Made by a program: the position numbers and the translations under genes. A DNA stretch of 64,000 nt from Mobula hypostoma (Eukaryota): contig NC_086106.1 of the NCBI RefSeq assembly GCF_963921235.1, positions 19,654,001-19,718,000 of the forward strand, in the 5' to 3' direction. Positions within the stretch are counted from its first letter, which is position 1. Every line of letters starts with the position of its first letter. This document shows positions 11,772-22,537 of this stretch, piece by piece. The notes under the pieces were generated by a model. The model was not told where the DNA came from. It worked only from the letters and a program-made list of their open reading frames with translations, and ran no database searches.

Positions 11772-13593
11772 AAGGAAAAGACTGGTAAAGACAAATGTAG
11801 GTCCCCTGCAGACAGAAACAGGTGAATTGATTATGGGGAGCAAGGACATGGCAGACCAATTGAATAATTACTTTGGTTCTGTCTTCACTAAGGAGGACAT
11901 AAATAATCTTCCAGAAATAGTAGGGGACAGAGGGTCCAGTGAGATGGAGGAACTGAGCGAAATACATGTTAGTAGGGAAGTGGTGTTAGGTAAATTGAAG
12001 GGATTGAAGGCAGATAAATCCCCAGGGCCAGATGGTCTGCATCCTAGAGTGCTTAAGGAAGTAGCCCAAGAAATAGTGGATGCATTAGTGATAATTTTTC
12101 AAAACTCGTTAGATTCTGGACTAGTTCCTGAGGATTGGAGGGTGGCTAATGTAACTCCACTTTTTAAAAAAGGAGGGAGAGAGAAACCGGGGAATTATAG
12201 ACCGGTTAGCCTAACGTCGGTGGTGGGGAAACTGCTGGAGTCAGTTATCAAGGATGTGATAACTGCACATTTGGAAAGCGGTGAAATCATCGGACAAAGA
12301 CAGCATGGATTTGTGAAAGGAAAATCATGTCTGACGAATCTCATAGAATTTTTTGAGGATGTAACTAGTAGAGTGGATAGGGGGAACCAGTGGATGTGGT
12401 ATATTTGGATTTTCAAAAGGCTTTTGACAAGGTCCCACACAGGAGATTAGTGTGCAAAATTAAAGCACACGGTATTGGAGGTAAGGTATTGGTGTGGGTG
12501 GAGAATTGATTAGCAGACAGGAAGCAAAGAGTGGGAATAAACGGGACCTTTTCAGAATGGCAGGCGGTGACTAGTGGGGTACCGCAAGGCTCAGTGCTGG
12601 GACCCCAGTTGTTTACAATATATATTAATGACTTGGATGAGGGAATTAAATGCAGCATCTCCAAGTTTGCGGATGACACGAAGCTGGGTGGCAGTGTTAG
12701 CTGTGAGGAGGATGCTAAGAGGATGCAGAGTGACTTGGATAGGTTGGGTGAGTGGGCAAATTCATGGCAGATGCAATTTAATGTGGATAAATGTGAAGTT
12801 ATCCACTTTGGTGGCAAAAATAGGAAAACAGATTATTATCTGAATGGTGGCCGATTAGGAAAAGGGGAGGTGCAACGAGACCTGGGTGTCATTATACACC
12901 AGTCATTGAAAGTGGGCATGCAGGTACAGCAGGCGGTGAAAAAGGCGAATGGTATGCTGGCATTTATAGCGAGAGGATTCGAGTACAGGAGCAGGGAGGT
13001 ACTACTGCAGTTGTACAAGGCCTTGGTGAGACCACACCTGGAGTATTGTGTGCAATTTTGGTCCCCTAATCTGAGGAAACACATCCTTGCCATAGAGGGA
13101 GTACAAAGAAGGTTCACCAGATTGATTCCTGGGATGGCAGGACTTTCATATGAAGAAAGACTGGATGAACTGGGCTTGTACTTGTTGGAATTTAGAAGAT
13201 TGAGGGGGGATCTGATTGAAACGTATAAGATCCTAAAGGGATTGGACAGGCTATATGCAGGAAGATTGTTCCCGATGTTGGGGAAGTCCAGAAGGAGGGG
13301 CCACAGTTTGAGGATAGAGGGGAAGCCTTTTAGGACCGAGATTAGGAAAATCTTCTTCACACAGAGAGTGGTGAATCTGTGGAATTCTCTGCCACAGGAA
13401 ACAGTTGAGGCCAGTTCATTGGCTATATTTAAGAGGGAGTTAGATATGGCCCTTGCGGCTACAGGGGTCAGGGGGTATGGAGGGAAGGCTGGGGCGGGGT
13501 TCTGAGTTGGAGGATCAGCCATGATCATAATAAATGGCGGTGCAGGCTCGAAGGGCCGAATGGCCTACTCCTGCACCTATTTTCTATGTTTCT
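11772..13593 (+). mobile_element. Young 5'-truncated CR1 LINE (ORF2 RT) inserted in the Gypsy RNase H
   Basis: ORFs 11827-12450 and 12531-13505 (GVPQGSVLGPQLF, FADDTKL), with one frameshift near 12385 and one TGA near 12508. Has a TTCTATGT tail. Removing it rejoins VLLQKDEG-D-EVDCPVAY. Confidence 0.95.
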
Positions 13594-14847
13594 ATCACCC
13601 TCATCTTTTTGAAGTAACACTGCTCCTGCAGCTTCATCACTAGCATCTACAGCTAATGATAATGTTTTTTCAAAATCAGGAGATTAGAGCACAGGTTGAC
13701 TATATACTATTGTTTTCAATTTATCAAAGGCCTCTTGACAAAACTCTGTCCAAGCAAACTTTTCATTTTTCTTCAGGAGGTTAGTTAATGAAAGAGCAAT
13801 GTTCGCAAAATCCTTGCAAAATTTTCTGTAATATCCTACCATACCCAAGAATCTTCTGAGAGTTTTTCTACCAGTTGGAGTAGTACTTCTAAAATTGCTT
13901 GAACTTTCACCTGAACAGGTGCTAATTTTCCCCGACCAACAACATAACCAAGGTAGGTCACTGCGGCATGGCCAAATTCACTTTTAGCTAAGTTTATAGT
14001 TAAGTTAGCTTTTGAAAGTCTTTCAAATAGTTTCTCCACTGCAGTAATATGTACTTTCCAAGTACTATTTCCCATAACTAAATCACCAATATAGGCGTCT
14101 GTATCTTTTAACCCATGAATCACCATATGAATCATCCTTTGGAATGTACCTGGTGCATTCTTCACCCCAAATGGAAGAACATTACATTCATCTAACCCGG
14201 ATGGGGTTACAAATGCAGAAATCTCTCTACCTCTATCCATCAATGGAACACACCAATAACCTTTTTAACAAATCAATCTTTGTAAAGAGCTTGGCTTGTC
14301 CAACTTTATCCACACAATCATCTACCCTAGGGAGTGAATATGCATCAGTCTGTTTCATAGAATTCACCTTCCTGCAATCTGTACAAAACCTAATACTATT
14401 ATCTGGTTTAGGCACCAGAACACACGGTGAACTACAATTCGAATTCGAAGGTTTAATCATATTATTCTCTGACATATACTTAATTTCTTGTTCAGCAAGT
14501 TCACATTTTTTGCTGTTCATTCCATACGGACGCTGTTTAATAGGCTTTGTATCTCCCAAATCTACGTCATGCATAGCTACAGTGGTTCTTCTAGGAACGT
14601 CTGGAAGTAAATCCCTGTATTTAAAAATTAATTGTTTTATCTGCTCTCTCTGCTCTGGTTGTAAATGAGCTAATTTTTCATCAATATTTTCCAGAATTTT
14701 TGAGTTTGGTAATCTAGCTGAAATAACGTTGGGTTTAAAATGAGTTTCAGATGAATCCTCCATTAAGTTTTCAGTGGGATCAAATTCATTATTATTGACC
14801 ACAACAGTCATAGTAGCATTTTGTTTCTCATAATACAGTTTTTTCAT
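13594..14847 (-). pseudogene. Gypsy reverse transcriptase (frameshifted)
   Basis: CVLVPKPDNSIRFCTDCRKVN, LPRVDDCVDKVG, IDLLK, LPFGVKNAPGTFQRMI and YIGD (degenerate YxDD). Confidence 0.9.
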
Positions 14848-15213
14848 ATTTATATGACACAGTTATGTTGACTTTCTTCGATCCGGAGTTTTTGTCACGT
14901 AATCCACATCATCTACTTTGGATTTAATCTCATAAGGACCATGAAATTTAGTTTGTTTATACTGGAAAAAAGAACCAATACCTTATCTCCAGGCTTAAAT
15001 TACCTCATTCTAGCTTACTTATCATACCATGTCTTCATCTTTTCTTGAGCTGATTTTAAATTTTCTTTGGCCAAGCTACAAGCTTTATGTAATCTTTCAT
15101 TAAATTTTAAAACATAATCCAACAAATTAGTGTGTACCTCTTTATTAATCCACTGTTCTTTCACCAAGGCCAAAAGTCCTCGAACTCTATGCCCAAACGC
15201 AAGTTCAATAGTA

Positions 15214-16083
15214 CTAAAACCTAATGATTCCTGCACTGCATCTCGTACTGCAAAAAAGTAGTAAATGTACGCCTTCATCCCAATCCTTTCCATTTTCCAC
15301 ACAATACTTCCTAATCATATTTTTAAGGGTGGAATGAAATCTCTCCAAGGCTCCTTGTGATTTTGGATGATATGCAGATGAGGTAACCTGTTTTGCTCCC
15401 AGTTTATAAACTATCTGCTGAAACAATCCAGACATAAAATTACTACCTTCATCCGATTGTATTTCCTTAGGCAACCCAAAATAAGTAAAGAATTTTATAA
15501 GAGCCTTTGTCAAGGTTTTGGCTGTTATATTCCTAAGAGGTACTGCCTCTGGAAGCCTAGACACTGTGCACATAATAGTTAACAAATATTGATGTCCAGT
15601 TTTAGTTTTTTGCAAAGGACCTACACAGTCTACAATGATTTTTGAGAATGGCTCACCAAATGTTGGAACTGGCTGCAGTGGGGCCACTGAAGTAACCTGA
15701 TTAGATTTTCCCACAAATTGACACATATGACACATTCTACAAAATGTCGCTACATCTTTTCTTAAACAAGGCCAGTAAAAAAGTTTAAAAACCTTGTTCA
15801 TAGTTTTCTTTACCCCTAAATGGTCACCCAAAAGAATACTATGAGCCATAGTTAAAATCTCATTTCGATAAACTTTAGGAGCTACTACCTGGTGATTAAC
15901 TTCCCATTCTTCACTTGCAGGTATTGTAGGTGATCTCCATTTCCTCACTGGTACTCCCTTTTCAAAATAATATCCTGCTGGCACCTTCTCAATTTCACTA
16001 TCTGGAAGAGCTTGTGCCTTTAATTTAACTATCTCAGGATCTCTACCCTGTTCTGCTATCATCTCCTTCCGAGATAAAGACAA
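15214..16083 (-). CDS. Gypsy integrase (HHCC plus DDE core), open for 289 codons, upstream of RT
   Basis: AHSILLGDHLG...CRMCHMCQ, IIVDCVGPL, IQSDEGSNF and SQGALERFHSTLK. Confidence 0.92.
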   Translation of the reverse strand: MSLSRKEMIAEQGRDPEIVKLKAQALPDSEIEKVPAGYYFEKGVPVRKWRSPTIPASEEWEVNHQVVAPKVYRNEILTMAHSILLGDHLGVKKTMNKVFKLFYWPCLRKDVATFCRMCHMCQFVGKSNQVTSVAPLQPVPTFGEPFSKIIVDCVGPLQKTKTGHQYLLTIMCTVSRLPEAVPLRNITAKTLTKALIKFFTYFGLPKEIQSDEGSNFMSGLFQQIVYKLGAKQVTSSAYHPKSQGALERFHSTLKNMIRKYCVENGKDWDEGVHLLLFCSTRCSAGIIRF

Positions 16084-16529
16084 ATCTTCATGATCAGACT
16101 TATCATAAGAACCTTAATCATATAATGAAAGTAAGAAAGTTTCTGACGCATCCTCAAAATTTGCATGCCGAGTTGAACTGTCATCCTGTACATCAGTCTT
16201 TTTAACCATAGCTCGGGTTACAACACAAGAAGTATCTGTGTTAGAATTCCTCTATGGTTCCTCAGAAATAGGCTTTATTCTCAAATGTACATCAGGAAAA
16301 ACTTGTCTATTAGCTAAGTCATTCCCTAATAACAGAGCAACATCATTTACAGGTAAACTGGCTTGTAGTCCTACTTTAACAGGCCCTGTAACTAACCCTG
16401 ACCTTAAATTAACTCTATGTAAAGATACCGGCATAAGGGCACTCCCAACTCCTCTTCAATAATTTACCTCACTAATGTCAGACACATCACTAAACTTTAG
16501 AACACTGTCGAAAATTAGTGATTGAGAAG

Positions 16530-17575
16530 CTCCAGTATCTTTATTGATACAGGAGTGCATCTCTCTTTCAAGGATACAAATCCTTCAGTTATAAAATCTT
16601 CATATCCCTTCTTAACTCAGTTAGACTCTAACACAACCTGATTTGTATTTTCCGAACCCTGTGGTTTTACAGGGTTTTCAATATGTTGCACAAAAGTATC
16701 TGGGACTGCCTCCTTCTCTTTCTTCTTCAATTGAAAACAGCTATTACGTGACCAAGTTTCCTACAATAATTACAAATAATGCCAAAATGTCTTTACTTCA
16801 CATGTCTCCCTTCATCCTTACCTTTCTCACTAATTTCAGATTTAATTTCTGGTTTACTTTGACTCTCTGTGTTATTTTTCCTTTTAAAGGTTCTACCTGG
16901 AGAAAATTTACTCTTATGAATTAAAGTATACTCTTCATCCAATTTAGCAATCTCCTGCAATGTAGCAGTGTCCCTTTCATTTAAATATATCCTCGCCTCA
17001 ACAGGAATGCTTCTTTTAAATTCCTCTTGCAAAATCAGCTCTTTTAATTTATTATACTCCCCATCCACATTTTTAGAGGAAACCCATCTCTCAAAATACA
17101 CACATTTCTCGTAGGCAAATTCCACATACGTTTTTTTCCACTGGTTTCTTCAAATTTCTGAATCTTTCTCTGTACTCTCCTGGAAGTAGCTCATACACCT
17201 TTAATTTATGCTGCTTCACAATATCATAATCAAGTGCTTGCTCAGCATTTAAAGCAGTATAAAGTTGTTGTGCCTTTCCTCTAATTACATTTTCTAAACT
17301 CAGAGCAACAGCTTCGAAATGCTGGAAATATTTGTCCACTTCTGTCTCATTAAATGGAGGACCAAAACAACCTCACGACTTGCTACAAACTGTTTCCGAG
17401 AACCAGAAGATCGATTTTCCAACTTTAATTTCTCCATCTCCAGCTCAAATTTCTTCAAGTTTTCTGCCTCTCTTTCAGCCATTTCCACTTTAAATTTCTT
17501 AAACTTTATCTGTTCAAGATGTAACTGCATTTCCAGTGTACTCATTGGAAACCTCCCTAACACCTCCTCATCAAA
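16530..17575 (-). pseudogene. Gypsy gag (main part) and protease, disrupted
   Basis: DKYFQHFEAVA, RGKAQQLYTAL...DYDIVK, ELILQEEFKRSIP, a degenerate knuckle CNNCRKLGH and DTGASQSLI. The gag N-terminus continues at 21379-21547. Confidence 0.85.
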
Positions 17576-17582
17576 CTCCGCC

Positions 17583-20500
17583 TATCATGGTCCAGTCCGT
17601 GAAGTCCGCATTCCAGTTCAGTCTGGTCCATCGAGACTTGCTCCAGGTTTTCCTGTCTACCCTGATTTTGTTCCTGTTTGAGCACTAATTGAGGCAGCTG
17701 ATGCTCGTTGGGGCTGGCTGCATAAATACCTTCAGAGACCAGAGCGTGGCTGCTGGATTGTTCTTGTCCTTACTCCTTGTATCCCTTCCCCTGAATTCTG
17801 TTTCCTCGCCTGAAACCCTGCCCTTGTCTTGCCGGTAACTCTCGCCTCACCTGACGTTCTTCTCTCGCCTTACATTTCCAGAAGCCTTGCCTTGTCTTGC
17901 TGGTAACTCTCACCTCGTCCCGCCTGTAGTCTTGTCCTGGATCCACCCCGTACCTAGCTCCCTTCCTGTCCCTTGTCTCCACCGGGTAATTCAGGCCGTC
18001 TTGCCATTAACCTGTGGTTGGTTCTGTCCCTTCCTGTCCCTTGCCTCCGTTGGGTAATCCAGGCTGTATTGCCGTTATCTATGGTTGGTTCTGTCCCTTC
18101 CTACCCTTGCCTCCGTTGGGTAAGCCAGGCCGTCTTGCTGTTACCTGCGGTTGGTTCTGTCCCTTCCTGTCCCTTGCCTCCGTCAGGTGGGGATCCACGC
18201 CCTGCCCAGGAGGAGCTTCCAGACTCCAGCATCTAGCCTCACCTCCAGCCTGCAGCCTCCAGCCTTGCCTCCAGTCTCCAGTCTCCAGCCTCGCCTCCAG
18301 TTTCCAACCTCCAGCCTTGCCTCCAGTTTCCAGCCTCCAGCCTCGCCTCCAGTCTCCTGCCTCCAGCCTCGCCTCCAGTCTCTAGCCAAGACTCGCCTCA
18401 AATCTCTAGCCTCAAGCCTGAAGACTTCAACCTTGTCCTGCCTGCTAGCCAAGTCTCGTCCTTGCCTAGTTCTGGGGTCCGAACAAGAGGCAAGAATCAG
18501 TTACCGGCTCCTTGTCTAGTCTCCAGCTTGGAGTCAAAGCCCGGGCTCCTAGCTCTCTGGTCCAGTCCTGTAACGCGCTCCCGGTTTTCGTGTCCATGCC
18601 CTTGCCCTCACCCTGTATCCTGTTCTTGTCCCTAGAACTTCAGTGTCTGTGTCTTGCATTTGGGTCTGTTTCCAGCACCCCATTATGACAGAACAATCCA
18701 GCCTCCCATGGACCCAGCAACACAGACACTGTCATTTTCCTCTTGTCACCCGGGGTTCCTTTCGGTTAAATACCCTCCTACCCGCCCAGGTCATCCATAG
18801 TCTGGATATCCTGTTTGGTCGCCAGGAGGCTCCCGTAGAAGGGGGCGAGATACTGTCATCGTCTGGACCATGAAGTCCGTACTCCGGTTCACCGCTCGGT
18901 CCATCGACACTTGGCAGCTGATGCTCGTTGGAGCTGGCTGCATAAATACCTCCAGAGACCAGGGTGCGGCCACTGGAATGTTCTTGTCCTTACTCCTTGT
19001 ATCCCTTCCCCTGCCTTCTGTTTCCTCGCCTGAAGCCCTGCCCTTGTCTTGCCGGTAACTCTCGCCTCGCCTGACGTTCTTGTCTCGCCTTGCATTGCCT
19101 GAAGCCTTGCCTTGTCTTGCTGGTAACTCTCGCCTCGTCTTGCCTGTAGTCTTGTCCTGAATCCACCCCGTACCTAGCTCCCTTCCTGTCCCTTGTCTCC
19201 CCCGGGTAAGTCAGGTCATCTTGCCATTATTTTGCGGTTGGTTCAGTCCCTTCCTGTCCCTTGCCTCCATCGGATACGCCAGGCCGTCTTGCCGATACCT
19301 GCGGTTCGGTCTGTCCCTTCCTGTCCCTTGCCTCCGTTGGGTAAGCCAAGCCACATTGCAGTTACCCTGCGGTGGGTCTTGTCCTTTCCAGTTCCTTGCC
19401 CTCCGTTGGGTAAGTCAGGCCAGATTGCCGTTACCCTTCGAGGGGTTCTGTCCCTTCCAGTCCATTGCCTCCGTCAGGTGGAGATCCACGCCCTGCCGAG
19501 GTGATCCGCGCCCTGCCCAGGAGTACCGCACCCTGCCCAGGAGTACCGCGACCTGCCCAGGAGGAGCATCAAGCCCCCTAGCCATGTCTCGCCTCAAGTC
19601 TCTAGCCGAGCCCCTCCCCAAGCCAAGCTTCAAGACCCCAAGCCTCAAGCCTCTCGTCTCAGCCTTGCCTCAAGCCTCTGGTCTCCAGCCTCGCCTCAAG
19701 TCTCTGGTCTCAACGCTCGCCTCAAGTCTGAAGACTCCAGCCGTGTCCTGCCGGCCAGCCAAGTCACGTCCTTGTCTAGTTCTGGGGTCCGAACCAGAGG
19801 CAAGACCCAGGTTCTGTGTCATTGTCCAGTCTCTGGCTCGGAGTCCAAGCCGGGGCTCCTAGCTGTCTTGTCCAGTCCTGTTCTGGGTTCCCGGTTTTCG
19901 GGTCCATGTCCTAACCCTCACCCTGTATCCTAGTCCTGTCCCTAGTACTTCAGTGTCTGTGTCTTGCACTTGGGTCCGTTCCCAGCCATCCGCTTATGAC
20001 AGAATGATCCAGCCAACCATGGACCCAGCGACACACACTGTCCTTTTCCTCTTGCCACCCGGGGTTCCCTTCTGTTAAATACCCTCCCACCCACCTGGGT
20101 CATCCATAGTCTGGATAGCCTGGTTGGTCGCCTGGAGGCTCCCGTAGATGTGGGGGGGGCGGGTGGGTGGTAACTGTCATGGTCCGGTCCGTGAAGTCCG
20201 CATTCTGGTTCACAGTCCGGTCCATCAATCCTTGCTCCAGTTCTTCCTGTCTACCCTGAATCTCTTCCTGTTTGAGCACTAATTGAGGCAGCTGATTCTC
20301 ACTGGGGCTGGCTGTATAAATACCTCCAGAGTCCAGGGCAGGGTGCTAGATTGTTCTTGTCCTTACTCCTCGTATTCCTCGTATTCCTTCCCCTTGCTTC
20401 TGTTTCCTTACCTGAAGACTTGCCTTGTCTTGCTGGTAACTCTTGCCTTGCCTTGGAGTTCTTGCCCCACCTCGCATTACCTGAAGCCCTGCCTTGTCTT

Positions 20501-21378
20501 GCCGGTAACTCTTGCCTTGCTTCACCTGTAGTCCTGTCTTGGAGCCACCCTGTACCTAGCTCCCTTCCTGTCCCTTGCCTCTGCCGCGTAAGTCAGGCCG
20601 TCTTGCCGTTACCTTGCGGTTGGTTCTGTCCCATCCTGTCCCTTGCCTCCGTCGAGTAAACCAGGCCAGATTGCCGTTACCCTTTACTGTCCATTGCCTC
20701 CATCGGGTGGAGATGCATGCCCTGACCAGGTGATCCGCGCCCTGCCCAGGAGTACCACGTCCTGTCGCAGAGGAGATTCAAGCCCCCAAGCCTATGGCCA
20801 AGTCGCTCCTCAAGCCTCTATCCAATCCTCGCCTCAATTCTCCAGCGGAGCCTCACCCCAAGCCTCTAGCCAAGCCTCGCCTCAAGTCTCTGGCCAAGCC
20901 TCGCCTCAAGTCTCAAGCCGAGCCGAGCCTCAATTCTCCAGCGGATCCTCATCCCAAGCCTCAAGCCTCGCCTCAAGTCTCTGGCCAAGCCTCGCCTCTA
21001 GTCTCTGGTCTGGAGCCTCACCTCAATTCTCTGTTCTCAAGCCTCACCTCAAGGCTCTCGTCTCAAGCCTCGCCTCAAGTCTCTGGTCTCAAGCCTCGCC
21101 TCAAGTCTGAAGACTCCAGCCTCATTCTGCCTGCCAGCCAAGTCACGTCCTTGTCTAGTTCTGGGGTCCGAGCCAAAGGCAAGACCCAGGTTCTGGGTCT
21201 GTCCAGTCTCTGGCTTGGAGTCCAAGCCCGGGCTTCTAGATCTCTTGTCCAGTCCTGTTCCAGGTTCCCGGTTTTCGGGTCCATGTCCTAACCCTCACCC
21301 TGTCTCCATGTCCTGTCCCTAGTACTTCAGTGTCTGTGCCATGCACTTCGGTCAGTTCCCAGCCACCCCCTTATGACA
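17583..21378 (+). mobile_element. Tandem non-autonomous LTR element: LTR-int-LTR-int-LTR, inserted in gag
   Basis: LTRs are 17583-18690, 18854-20001 and 20175-21378 (T[G/A]TCAT...TTATGACA). Internals are 18691-18853 and 20002-20174, each with an ATGGACCCAGC gag-start relic and a G-rich PPT. Host gag continues on both sides. The 4-5 bp TSD is imperfect. Confidence 0.88.
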
Positions 21379-21656
21379 CTCCCAAACTTACATAATGCTC
21401 AGTGATTTTTCTCTGAATTATGGGCTTAGTTGTACCCTTCGTAATACCTTTAAGGTTCAACCTTTTAGCAATCTTTGACACCTCAGGTTTTCTCGCATTC
21501 ACTAAAACCTTCGGTTTTGGCGTTTTCATAGACTCGTCTACATCCATTGCTACCGAATACCGCTCACACCCCATTCAAACAAAAGAATCGGGTATATTCC
21601 CTTTTCCAAATCAAGTTTGATAATTAAACAAACACTTAAACACAAAATCGGGACAT

Positions 21657-21674
21657 ATCCCGGACGAGCCCCCA
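21657..21674 (-). promoter_or_regulatory. tRNA-Pro primer-binding site
   Basis: TGGGGGCTCGTCCGGGAT, identical to the canonical 18-nt tRNA-Pro PBS and 5 nt from the LTR end. Confidence 0.92.
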
Positions 21675-21679
21675 ATTAA

Positions 21680-22535
21680 TGTCACGTGATGGGCAACAAT
21701 GAATATATCGAGTCAGAATTTATAAACAAACAAACATTTTTTAAACCCTAATAAGCAATGAAAAGAAAACGAAAACCCTAACCAGAAGTAAACGGCTATG
21801 CGGCCATTCAGTAAACCGCTACTCAGTACAAGTTCTTAAAGCGATAAATGCGAAACCGTTCTGAAAGTGATAAATTCAAACACAGTTTCTCGAATGATAA
21901 ATTTTGAAGTCCAAGAGATTTATACAGTCAATTAGGAGAGAATTTCATGAAGTAATGAATTCCTCGAAGACACGACGTCATTGCCACTGCCAGTCGGATC
22001 CTGCCTTGTCCACAGGATTCACAACAACGGAAATAAAATGATTTTAAAGGCACTGGCATTTCGCTTCCATAGAATAGATCCTGTACAGCCTTTTCTGCTT
22101 CCTTCTTAGCAGAGGCTATCTCATGCGGATCACTTTCTTGACCGAATTCAATAATGATCGATCTTTTCCAAACTCGTTGAACGTCTCCTTCAGGGTCCCA
22201 TCTTCACTCTAAAATGTCGCTGAAAAGATACATTAAAAAACCTAGCAGTGATTGGTCAAACTGCCGGCTCAGATTTCGGTGCCTTACATTAGAACATAAA
22301 ACTCTGTTTAAAATCAAAACTCTGTCCTAATGCAAATAAGCAGCGGAGCGGAGTATCTCATGGATGTTCTAACTGGAAAACTAACTGCGTCACCAGTGGT
22401 CTTCCCCTTTATACCTGTGGTGAACATGTCATCACGTGACCTCACATCGGCGGGAAAATTACATCAGGTGACATCCAAAAGACCATTACATCATTCTCAG
22501 AAGAATGTCACAAGATCTCCTTGAGGTATGTAACA
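21680..22535 (-). repeat. 5' LTR of the Gmr1-type element (856 bp)
   Basis: TG...CA termini, adjacent PBS, and homology to 10025-11263 with roughly 10% mismatch by eye. Confidence 0.92.
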
Positions 22536-22537
22536 GT

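Larger units (their letters stand above)
10025..22535 (-). mobile_element. Gmr1-type Ty3/Gypsy LTR retrotransposon (gag-PR-IN-RT-RH), about 6.5 kb after removing three nested insertions
   Basis: Two homologous TGTCACG...TGTAACA LTRs, a PBS at 21657-21674 and a PPT (GGAGGGAGG, 11264-11272). gag starts at about 21547, protease DTG is at 16531-16539, the integrase ORF is 15214-16083, RT is 13594-14847 and RNase H is 11466-11771. Flanks GCTAG/GTTAG are a possible TSD. Confidence 0.92.

Noticed and set aside
12413-13528. Long minus-strand ORFs (134 and 230 aa; similar at 62229-62933)
   Set aside because: Antisense shadows of CR1 ORF2.
18014-21291. Ser/Pro/Leu/Gln-rich ORFs up to 213 aa
   Set aside because: They arise from translating LTR minisatellites and have no domain signature.
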